DNA of 64,000 nt from Methylotenera sp. (GCA_013141075.1 JABFRQ010000004.1:3073-67072), one strand, 5' to 3'. Counted from the first letter of the stretch, positions 10,026 through 18,330 are shown. The notes: generated from the letters alone by a model not told the origin. Program-made: numbers and translations.

Positions 10026-10322
10026 TTACATCGCGTCATAATCTTTTATGCCTAGCAAAAAGGTAAGTATCATAAAATAGTTGATAAGCAATATACCTAA
10101 AACTACACCAATTACAACACCTGCAGGTATGGCTAGCGCGAATCCATGTTTTTTGGAAAACGTTGAGCCCCACACTACTCCCAATGCAACTACACCAAGA
10201 ACGCTGTAACCAAGTACAACAGGGCCGATTGAACCGTCGATTAAAAGCAAGTAGCTCAAGCTCAGCAAAACTGGTCCAAGAAAAATGCATACCGTCCAGA
10301 ACAATGCGATTCGTATAGTCAT
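10026..10322 (-). CDS. Cassette: small membrane protein (no attC of its own)
   Basis: 98 aa hydrophobic; followed by only 12 bp then a bare core site. Confidence 0.75.
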   Translation of the reverse strand: MTIRIALFWTVCIFLGPVLLSLSYLLLIDGSIGPVVLGYSVLGVVALGVVWGSTFSKKHGFALAIPAGVVIGVVLGILLINYFMILTFLLGIKDYDAM

Positions 10323-10389
10323 AACAATGGCCTAACGTTTGAATTAAGGGGCTGGCTTTAGCCAGTCCCGCTTGAATGATGGGTTAGGG

Positions 10390-10686
10390 TTACTTTGCAT
10401 AAAACCCATTAGGCCCAAAAAGTTCGTAAAGTGATTTAGCAAGTACTTGTGCTGTTTGCTGACTTAGACCAGAAAAAATATTTTCTCCAGTTATATATGG
10501 ATTAAGAGCGAATTCAGCGATATGCCGCTCGTGAGGGCTTAGATTTGAAAGTGATGTGTCAAATGCTAATCTTGCTCCGTCTTCCGTTACTTGCCATCGG
10601 TTAGAGCCAAGCATTGCTTCTAAAACTGGTTTGCGTAAGTGGAACGAGTCTTTCCAATCAATATCATGTTGGTATTTGTGAGACAT
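10390..10686 (-). CDS. Cassette: hypothetical protein
   Basis: Likely start MSHKY with AGGAGG RBS; the longer ORF call starts inside attC 10710. Confidence 0.75.
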   Translation of the reverse strand: MSHKYQHDIDWKDSFHLRKPVLEAMLGSNRWQVTEDGARLAFDTSLSNLSPHERHIAEFALNPYITGENIFSGLSQQTAQVLAKSLYELFGPNGFYAK

Positions 10687-11099
10687 AATTACCCTCCTTG
10701 GTTTGTAAACCCTAACGTTTGACATAAGGGGCGCGCTTTAGCGCGTCCCACTTAATGGATGGGTTAGGGCAAGCAACTTAACAGCCACCAAAACCTAAAC
10801 CACCACCGAATTAAAAACTAAAATAGCGTGACCAAACAATAAGCCCCACCAACCGAAAACTAAACGAAAACCACAAACAATAAACTACCACAAAACCAAG
10901 CTTAAACTAAAACCACAGAACTTAAAACAACCCCAAACCAAAAGCCCAAAAGCACCAAAACCCGATGCCCTGCGACCCAGCAAACATGCGGCTCGTGGCG
11001 GCATTGTTTTTAGCTAGCCCTAACGCGCAGCTAAGGGGCGCGCCGAAGGCGCGTCCCAGCGACCAAAGGGAGCGAACTTGAGCGTAGGGTTAGAGAACA

Positions 11100-11438
11100 T
11101 TAACATGGCCCAAACTCCAATGTTCGGAGAGACTCCTTAAAATACTGCGTAACACTATCAGGCGTCGCTGGGTAAAACGGTGCAGACGCGGCCTGAAACA
11201 GCACATACGTGATTATGAGCGCGAACGGGAAAATGACTCGTCGTTGCCATGAGCGAAGTATCGTTCCAGGGGCAAGAATGGCGATCAAAGTAACGGGCAC
11301 GACGATAGCCACAAAAAGCTCGTGATGCCACGAATAGCCGCCACACGAAAAGAGCCCGAAGAAAATGCCACCTATGGCAGCAACCAGCAATGCCGTGACC
11401 GTTGAGATGTTGCCGATGCGTCCAAATAACTTTCTCAT
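11100..11438 (-). CDS. Cassette: membrane protein with foreign-type 78-bp attC
   Basis: Three TM segments, visibly more GC-rich than neighbours, attC 11018-11095. Confidence 0.8.
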   Translation of the reverse strand: MRKLFGRIGNISTVTALLVAAIGGIFFGLFSCGGYSWHHELFVAIVVPVTLIAILAPGTILRSWQRRVIFPFALIITYVLFQAASAPFYPATPDSVTQYFKESLRTLEFGPC

Positions 11439-11441
11439 GGG

Positions 11442-11771
11442 CTCTAACGTTTGAATTAAGGGGCTGGCTTTAGCCAGTCCCGCTTGAATGATGGGTTAGG
11501 GAAAGCCGCCAAAAAGGCAACCAACACACCGCACCCAGCAAAACTAAAAAATAACGTAAAACCGCCCAACTTGCAAACCCCACAAAACCAAACGGAAACT
11601 AGGCACTAAAAACCTAAAAACTGCACCACCGAAAAGCCAACTAAAACCTAAAAACAAACCAAGCAAAACTAACCCAAAAATGCTAACTAAAACCGCCGAG
11701 CGAAAAACATTGCCCTGCGAGCCAACATCTGCGCGGCTTCCAGAGGTGCTGTGATAAAGATAAACCCTAAC
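11442..11771 (-). repeat. Divergent relative of the gene-poor repeat cassette
   Basis: Same length class and A/C skew on + strand; shares the TGCCCTGCGA block; lacks the conserved ATG; has the other attC subtype. Confidence 0.7.
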
Positions 11772-11778
11772 GTTTGAA

Positions 11779-12198
11779 TTAAGGGGCGCCTTTAGGCGTC
11801 CCGCTTGAATGATGGGTTAGCCCAGCCTGACTACATAATAATTTTTTTCTCTCAAGATACTTATCAGCAACTACGGTATCTTTTTTTATACCCAACTCAT
11901 CTCCCACACCGAATCGATAAAAGAGTTCTAATACATGAATGGCACTACAGCTATTTAACTCATCTGCCTTTTTCAAACAGTCTTGAGCTTCCAATTTCTC
12001 ACTCTCAGACATTAGTCTGGTTTTTGCAGTTGGAACACCATCTTTGATTCCAGTATTTTCAGACCAAAGGTTCCAGAAGCGAGAATACATAGCCTCCCCA
12101 TTTGATGTAACTGAACATTGAGTAGTATCACCAGACCTAGTGCATGAAGTAACTAGTGCTAAGCAAAATAAGATAGAGGTGAATCTGTTCAGGAACAT
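11779..12198 (-). CDS. Cassette: lipoprotein with a Sel1-like repeat
   Basis: Lipobox LVTSC; LELFYRFGVGDELGIKKDTVVADKY resembles Sel1 repeat; stop inside attC. Confidence 0.7.
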   Translation of the reverse strand: MFLNRFTSILFCLALVTSCTRSGDTTQCSVTSNGEAMYSRFWNLWSENTGIKDGVPTAKTRLMSESEKLEAQDCLKKADELNSCSAIHVLELFYRFGVGDELGIKKDTVVADKYLERKKLLCSQAGLTHHSSGTPKGAP

Positions 12199-12263
12199 GA
12201 TATGGCTAACGTTTGACATAAGGGGCGCGCTTTAGCGCGTCCCGCTTGATGGATGGGTTAGGC

Positions 12264-12671
12264 TTACTCATGTGGACGATATGCTGCTTGAGGATTTATG
12301 AAATATGCGCCCAGAAAACCAAAACCAGCAGACCCAAAAAATACGATTGGCATTAATGCCTGATGAGGCAAACCAACAAGTAAATGGTAGCCAAGGCCGA
12401 CTGCTCCCGTAGTGATTCCATAAGCTACCATCATAAAAACTAGATTGACATACCTTCCAATTTTTTCTTGGAAAGATGAGTTGTTGGTAATAAATAACCT
12501 AGATATTAAGGCTAGTATTGGGGGACCAATCAAGCCAAAGACCATTACTTGGATTAATGCTTGATGAGGGAAACTAGAAACTATTGGTTTATTCAGAATA
12601 GCAAATGGTTGATATGCACCAAAAATAACTCCCAAAATTATTCCAGTCCAATCGCTTCGATATAGTTTCAT
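12264..12671 (-). CDS. Cassette: four-TM membrane protein
   Basis: 135 aa with four hydrophobic segments. Confidence 0.85.
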   Translation of the reverse strand: MKLYRSDWTGIILGVIFGAYQPFAILNKPIVSSFPHQALIQVMVFGLIGPPILALISRLFITNNSSFQEKIGRYVNLVFMMVAYGITTGAVGLGYHLLVGLPHQALMPIVFFGSAGFGFLGAYFINPQAAYRPHE

Positions 12672-14234
12672 AAAAGCCTAACGTTTGACATAAGGGGCGC
12701 GCTTTAGCGCGTCCCGCTTAATGGATGGGTTAGGGCAAGCAACTTAACAGCCACCAAAGCCAAAACCACCACCGAATTAAAAACTAAAATAGCACGACCA
12801 AACAACAAGCCCCGCCAACCGAAAACTACACTAAAACCACAAACAATAAACTACCACAAAACCAAACCTAAACTAAGGCCGAAAAACCTAAACCACCACA
12901 AAACCAAAAGCCCAAAAGCACCTAAAACCCGATGCCCTGCGACCCAACAAACAAGCGGCTCGTGGCGGCATTGTTTTAGCTAGCCCTAACGTTTGACATA
13001 AGGGGCGCCGTTAGGCGTCCCACTTAATGGATGGGTTAGGGCAAGCAACTTAACAGCCACCAAAGCCAAAACCACCACCGAATTAAAAACTAAAATAGCG
13101 CGACCAAACAACAAGCCCCGCCAACCGAAAACTAAACTAAAACCACAAGCAATAAACTACCACAAAACCAAACCTAAACTAAACCCGAAAAACCTAAACT
13201 ACCACCAAACCAAACGCTAATAGCACGAAAAAACAACTGCCCTGCGACCCAGCAAACAAGCGGCTCGTGGCGGCATTGTTTTAGCTAGCCCTAACGTTTG
13301 ACATAAGGGGCGCCGAAGGCGTCCCGCTTGATGGATGGGTTAGGGCAAGCAACTTAACCGCCACCAAAGCCAAAACCACCACCGAATTAAAAACTAAAAT
13401 AGCGTGACCAAACAACAAGCCCCACCAACCGAAAACTAAACGAAAACCACAAACAATAAACTACCACAAAACCAAACCTAAACTAAACCCGAAAAACCTA
13501 AACCACCACCAAACCAAAAGCCCAAAAGCACCTAAAACCCGATGCCCTGCGACCCAATAAACATGCGGCTTGCGGAGGCATGGTTTTACGAAGCCCTAAC
13601 GTTTGACATAAGGGGCGCCGCAAGGCGTCCCACTTAATGGATGGGTTAGGGCAAGCAACTTAACAGCCACCAAAGCCAAAACCACCACCGAATTAAAAAC
13701 TAAAATAGCGCGACCAAACAACAAGCCCCGCCAACCGAAAACTAAACTAAAACCACAAACAAAAAACTACCACAAAACCAAGCTTAAACTAAACCCACAG
13801 AACTTAAAACAACCACCAAACCAAAAGCCTAAAAGCACCTAAAACCTGATGCCCTGCGACCCAGCAAACATGCGGCTCGTGGAGGCATTGTTTTTAGATA
13901 GCCCTAACGTTTGACATAAGGGGCGCCGAAGGCGTCCCACTTAATGGATGGGTTAGGGCAAGCAACTTAACAGCCACCAAAGCCAAAACCACCACCGAAT
14001 TAAAAACTAAAATAGCGCGACCAAATAACAAGCCCCACCAACCGAAAACTAAACTAAAACTACAAACAAAAAACTACCACAAAACCAAACCTAAACTAAA
14101 CCCGAAAAACGTAAACCACCACCAAACCAAAAGCCCAAAAGCACGAAAAAGCACCTGCCCTGCGACCCAGCAAACAAGCGGCTCGTGGCGGCATTGTTTT
14201 TAGTTAGCCCTAACGTTTTAATTAAGGGGCGCCG

Positions 14235-14489
14235 TTAGGCGTCCCGCTTGAATGATGGGTTAGGCACATTTTTTTCATGCTTAGCACATTGCTGACACAG
14301 CCCAATATCATTGGTACTTAAAGGCTCGAAATACCTTCTCAGATTTTGACCATTAAACTTTGGGTCGTCATTTACTGGCATTTCAGGTTTGTAGCCTTTT
14401 CTTCCGCAAGCTATACATTGGTTTATCCACTTGAGAAGATTTGGATGCATCCTTAGATAACCATCACCGTCAGAAAATAGATTACTCAT
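14235..14489 (-). CDS. Cassette: small putative Zn-binding protein
   Basis: CIAC...CQQC pairs; stop inside attC 14208. Confidence 0.75.
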   Translation of the reverse strand: MSNLFSDGDGYLRMHPNLLKWINQCIACGRKGYKPEMPVNDDPKFNGQNLRRYFEPLSTNDIGLCQQCAKHEKNVPNPSFKRDA

Positions 14490-14571
14490 TGTGTGCCTAA
14501 CGTAAAAGTGAGGGGCTGCGCGCTTTTGCGCAGTCCCTCTCGACTGCCGGGTTGGGCATCAGGCGCTGCAT

Positions 14572-15132
14572 TTACGCAACCTGCAATTGGAAGACATGCC
14601 GCCGAATACCTGCGCGCCCCACTTCTCGAAAACCGGCAGCCTCGAATGTAGGAACGAAGCCCATGAACCGATAACTCGGAGACTCTGGATCGACTGGATA
14701 AGCTTCCACAATTGAGGCGCCTCTGGACTTGGCAAAGTCGATGGCTGCGGCAATGATTCGTTGTGTAATGCCTTGGCCGCGCAACCTGCGAGCAACGAAG
14801 AAGCAAGCGATTGACCAAACGCCTTCGTCAGAGCTGCCATCGTCAACGAGCCGACGGTAAGTTGATCGTGGTGCCACGGAGCACCACGCGACGGGCTCTT
14901 CATCAAGATAGCCAAGAAGCCCCACTGTCGTTCCAGCGGCGATACGTTTGGCAATTGCGGCTTTGCGGCTCGCGCCGTCAGTGTGCTTTGCTTCCTCTGG
15001 CATTGCACGCCAGACCATGCACCAACAAGCCTTTGGGCCGCCTCGACATTCGAAAAGCCTCTCGAAGTCAGGCCATGTGTCGGCAGTGACTTCGCGAAAC
15101 ACGATGCGATCAATTTCTGCTGCTTCAGTCAT
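14572..15132 (-). CDS. Cassette: GNAT-family N-acetyltransferase
   Basis: VGLLGY....VAWCSVAPR, WSIACFFV....RGQGI....I.AA, VEAYP motifs; GC-rich; atypical attC 14495. Confidence 0.9.
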   Translation of the reverse strand: MTEAAEIDRIVFREVTADTWPDFERLFECRGGPKACWCMVWRAMPEEAKHTDGASRKAAIAKRIAAGTTVGLLGYLDEEPVAWCSVAPRSTYRRLVDDGSSDEGVWSIACFFVARRLRGQGITQRIIAAAIDFAKSRGASIVEAYPVDPESPSYRFMGFVPTFEAAGFREVGRAGIRRHVFQLQVA

Positions 15133-15472
15133 GTGATGCCCAACGTTTGACATAAGGGGCGCCGTCAGGCGTCCCGCTTAATGGATGGGTTAGGGCAAGC
15201 AACTTAACAGCCACTAAAGCCAAAACCACCACCGAATTAAAAACTAAAATAGCGCGACCCAACAACAAGCCCCACCAACCGAAAACTAAACTAAAACCAC
15301 AAACAATAAACTACCACAAAACCAAACCTAAACTAAGCCCAACAAAACTTAAAACACCACCAAACCAAAAGCCAAACAGCACCTAAAACCCGATGCCCTG
15401 CGACCCAACAAACATGCGGCTCGTGGCGGCATTGTTTTTAGCTAGCCCTAACGTTTGAATTAAGGGGCGCCG

Positions 15473-15889
15473 TTAGGCGTCCCGCTTGAATGATGGGTTA
15501 GGCGCGGACTTAGCTAAACGACCAATAACCCCAAGATGAGTAAAACTAAACCCCGCTGAATATTTAAGCCCATAGCCCAGCGCACGGTCAAAGCCAATGT
15601 GAGCGCACCAAATGACACCCGCACATGAAAGGACAGGAGCAAGAAGAAGAGAACCCGCAACAAGACAAGCAATAGCACCAATATAAGAGTGTGCTGCATT
15701 ATAAGATAAAGCACCAACACGCGACCCTGCGAGATAACCTAGAAACGAAAGGTCGGGGGTGAGAAAAAATAACGCGAACGTACCCCAGCTAAAACCTAAC
15801 TTGGGGTAAAAAAGCGACGCGGCTATTAGCACACACAAACCCTCAAGCCTTAAAACCCACCGCACTGCACCTGTTGTTTCACCTGACAT
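15473..15889 (-). CDS. Cassette: DUF4260-family membrane protein
   Basis: LRLEG...FLTPDLSFLGYL.G...GA..YN.AH...AHIGFDRALGYGLKY..GF..THLG. Confidence 0.85.
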   Translation of the reverse strand: MSGETTGAVRWVLRLEGLCVLIAASLFYPKLGFSWGTFALFFLTPDLSFLGYLAGSRVGALSYNAAHSYIGAIACLVAGSLLLAPVLSCAGVIWCAHIGFDRALGYGLKYSAGFSFTHLGVIGRLAKSAPNPSFKRDA

Positions 15890-16283
15890 GTAATTCCTTT
15901 GTTTTGTAGCGCCTAACGTTTGACATAAGGGGCGCCGCAAGGCGTCCCACTTAATGGATGGGTTAGGGCAAGCAACTTAACAGCCACCAAAACCAAAACC
16001 ACCACCGAATTAAAAACTAAAATAGCGCGACCAAAAAACAAGCCCCGCCAACCGAAAACTACACTAAAACCACAAACAAAAAACCACCACAAAACCAAGC
16101 CTAAACTAAAACCACAGAACTTAAAACAACCCCAAACCAAAAGCCCAAAAGCACCTAAAACCCGATGCCCTGCGACCCAACAAACAAGCGGCTCGTGGCG
16201 GCATTGTTTTTAACTAGCCCTAACGTTTGAATTAAGGGGCGCCGTTAGGCGTCCCGCTTGAATGATAGGTTATGCGTTAACAT

Positions 16284-16571
16284 TTAATATTTACAACCAA
16301 ATTCTGCCCATCCCCAGCCACCTTCACCATAGCCACCTTGTATATAGTTAATTCCTTCGGTGCAACTCAAGGGCATTAGCTTGGTTCTTATTAACATAAG
16401 TTCGAAAGCTCTTTCTTTTGATGAATCTAAAGCTTCAACTTCATGCCATTTGAAGTAGCTAACATATGGCGCTCGGCTGCCATCTTTTACAGAAGCACAG
16501 AATTCGTTTTTGCTTTGGATTGAACAGCATCCAGTTAATAGCAAAAGTACAACTAAATTATAAATACGCAT
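16284..16571 (-). CDS. Cassette: small Cys-rich lipoprotein
   Basis: Lipobox LTGC; ATG inside the GTTATGC core site. Confidence 0.8.
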   Translation of the reverse strand: MRIYNLVVLLLLTGCCSIQSKNEFCASVKDGSRAPYVSYFKWHEVEALDSSKERAFELMLIRTKLMPLSCTEGINYIQGGYGEGGWGWAEFGCKY

Positions 16572-16649
16572 AACGTGGAGCTAAGGGGCGCGCCGAAGGC
16601 GCGTCCCAGCGACCGGAGGGAGCGAACTTGAGCGTATGGTTAGAGCGCA

Positions 16650-17057
16650 TTACGCGAACCACCCCACCGCATTGTCGTCCCACTCATGGCCGTGAATAGC
16701 CCAAGCACTATTCGTTGCGGGAGGCGGAAACCCAGTACGGCAATAGCCACGCTTTGATTGGAAATCGAAGACCGCATGCGGATGCCCGTTGATCAGAAGG
16801 GCTACCTTCTGAGAATCGACAGACCAGCCGATCTTTACGACTGAAGGTTTATCGCGGTCCGTGACATTAACTACATTGTAGATTTGTAGCGCGTCCTGAA
16901 TAGGATTGCCTTCGCATGTGACATCGAGTGCATAGAAGTATCCGGTGTCTTGATCATCTTCGAACACGGCCACAAAGGGGCCTTCCAGTGCGGCACCCTC
17001 GACTGTGGTTGGACGCCCAACTATGAACTCTTGCTCGGCGGTGATATGGATAGGCAT
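16650..17057 (-). CDS. Cassette: DUF2251-family protein with foreign-type 78-bp attC
   Basis: VFEDD..TGYFYA...IQDALQIYNV...LLING.PHAVFDF..KRGYCRTGFPP. Confidence 0.85.
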   Translation of the reverse strand: MPIHITAEQEFIVGRPTTVEGAALEGPFVAVFEDDQDTGYFYALDVTCEGNPIQDALQIYNVVNVTDRDKPSVVKIGWSVDSQKVALLINGHPHAVFDFQSKRGYCRTGFPPPATNSAWAIHGHEWDDNAVGWFA

Positions 17058-17125
17058 AGAAATGGGCCTTGCGCTCTAACGTTTGAATTAAGGGGCGCCG
17101 TTAGGCGTCCCGCTTGAATGATGGG

Positions 17126-17434
17126 TTAGGCATTATTAAACACCTTAAGAACCCGACCAAGGCCAATATCTTTACCCTCCCAAACTTTAAAAACAGTACC
17201 TACAGGAAAGTGAGGGGTAGCTGCCTCTGGGACAAGGAATTGTACGTCAAAATTTTGAGCCTCACTAGGACTGAAAACATGCTCGGAAGGTATGCAAAAA
17301 CGCACTGAAAAACTTTCTTCACCTACGGTAAAAACTCCTCGATACTCGCCTTGGAGAATTGGTGTTTTTCTACCTCCCAACTCTTCAGGGGTCAGAGTAA
17401 TTTCAACTGATATTTGTGGTGAGAATTGCTTCAC
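17126..17434 (-). CDS. Cassette: stand-alone EF-Tu domain III-like protein
   Basis: LTPEELGGRKTPILQGEYR and VWEGKDIGLGRVLKV align by eye to EF-Tu LSKDEGGRHTPFFKGYR and IREGGRTVGAGVVAKV; GTG start inferred. Confidence 0.65.
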   Translation of the reverse strand: MKQFSPQISVEITLTPEELGGRKTPILQGEYRGVFTVGEESFSVRFCIPSEHVFSPSEAQNFDVQFLVPEAATPHFPVGTVFKVWEGKDIGLGRVLKVFNNA

Positions 17435-17805
17435 AAGCAAAATGCCTAACGTTTGACATAAGGGGCGCGCTTTAGCGCGTCCCACTTAATGGATGGGTTA
17501 GGGCAAGCAACTTAACAGCCACCAAAGCCAAAACCACCACCGAATTAAAAACCAAAATAGCGCGACCAAACAACAAGCCCCACCAACCAAAAACTAAACT
17601 AAAACCACAAACAATAAACTACCACAAAACCAAACCTAAACTAAGCCCAACAAAACTTAAACCACCACCAAACCAAAAGCCAAAAAGCACCTAAAACCCG
17701 ATGCCCTGCGACCCAGCAAACAAGCGGCTCGTGGCGGCATTGTTTTTAGCTAGGCCTAACGTTTGACATAAGGGGCGCCGCAAGGCGTCCCGCTTGATGG
17801 ATGGG

Positions 17806-18210
17806 TTAGGTTGCGTGTGCATGGCAAACTGCCTTAAGGTCAGAAATAAATGGTGGCAGAGACGTTTGGTCGGTAACGAACTCAAACTCAAGACGCTGGT
17901 TATGTTCTGCTGCCACGGTTAGCACGCCACTGACTACTATTTGTCCTCTGCCATTCCCACGGAGAGAGAAGTAAGGCTCCTCGAATTGCTGCCCTAGCTT
18001 GGCTTCGCCAACCAACTTGGCAGACAACACCTCAAGCGCTGAGATAAACTCGCCAAGCAACGGATAATCAAAGAAAAATGAGGTGCTGGCGGAGAAAGGG
18101 AACGAAACCACCCCCAACACGCAGGAACCCCCTGATCCATCCCCGAAAAGTTCGATATTTTTCATGGCGAGTTGGTGCTGGTCAGAGTGAGTGATGAGTG
18201 AGGCGTCCAT
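17806..18210 (-). CDS. First cassette: WapI-like immunity protein (tentative)
   Basis: C-terminal LEFEFVTDQTSLP motif; sits directly after attI. Confidence 0.55.
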   Translation of the reverse strand: MDASLITHSDQHQLAMKNIELFGDGSGGSCVLGVVSFPFSASTSFFFDYPLLGEFISALEVLSAKLVGEAKLGQQFEEPYFSLRGNGRGQIVVSGVLTVAAEHNQRLEFEFVTDQTSLPPFISDLKAVCHAHAT

Positions 18211-18214
18211 AGCG

Positions 18215-18240
18215 ACCTAACGTAAAGTAGACATCCTAAT
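18215..18240 (-). other. attI recombination site (predicted)
   Basis: Last GTTAGGT core site of the array with no attC palindrome upstream, on the intI side. Confidence 0.8.
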
Positions 18241-18261
18241 TGACGCGTTATATTGCATCAA
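18233..18261 (-). promoter_or_regulatory. Proximal cassette promoter Pc (sigma70-type)
   Basis: TTGATG-N17-TAGGAT overlapping attI. Confidence 0.65.
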
Positions 18262-18330
18262 GTGGGACATTTTCTTGTTGATAAAAGTATAAGTGTACAG
18301 TAAAAACATGCTGTTAATTATTTTTAGTGC

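Larger units (their letters stand above)
703..17760 (-). repeat. 24 near-identical ~305-bp gene-poor cassettes (G/T-rich sense strand, short ORF MPPRAACLLGRRA...)
   Basis: Copies at 703-1040,1415-1730,2115-2427,2421-2734,3105-3417,3411-3725,4707-5021,5901-6214,6990-7303,7874-8186,8180-8495,8489-8800,8794-9105,9099-9412,9406-9720,10710-11024,12676-12990,12984-13295,13289-13600,13594-13908,13902-14214,15138-15452,15911-16224,17444-17760. Confidence 0.95.
703..17811 (-). repeat. 47 complete attC sites (57-78 bp imperfect palindromes, RYYYAAC...GTTRRRY on minus strand)
   Basis: Left ends at 703,1034,1415,1724,2115,2421,2728,3105,3411,3719,4263,4707,5015,5484,5901,6208,6625,6990,7297,7874,8180,8489,8794,9099,9406,9714,10330,10710,11018,11442,11765,12204,12676,12984,13289,13594,13902,14208,14495,15138,15446,15911,16218,16568,17074,17444,17754; consensus + strand CTAACGTTTGA(CATA/ATTA)AGGGGCGC-loop-GCGTCCC(G/A)CTT...GGGTTAG. 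Confidence 0.95.
158..18221 (-). mobile_element. Integron gene-cassette array (sedentary chromosomal integron), continues beyond left edge
   Basis: Regularly spaced attC sites, all co-oriented with single small ORFs or repeat bodies, ending at an attI-like GTTAGGT at 18215-18221; intI at 19800. Confidence 0.97.

Noticed and set aside
7876-13908. Programmed UAG read-through or A-to-I editing to restore the long ORF (recurrent TGG/TAG toggles)
   Set aside because: No recoding signal or TadA-type TACG context is visible, and frameshifts would still break most copies.
1443-16140. Repeat cassette as a conserved ~70-96-aa membrane protein (ORFs 1443-1646, 7876-8166, 15913-16140)
   Set aside because: That frame has TAG at the WW position in most copies and frameshifts upstream; hydrophobicity follows automatically from G/T-rich composition. 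Only the short N-terminal ORF is conserved.
703-17811. CRISPR array interpretation of the regular ~60-bp repeats
   Set aside because: Repeats have attC R/L box architecture, intervening units are 250-600 bp and often whole genes, intI is adjacent and no cas genes are present.
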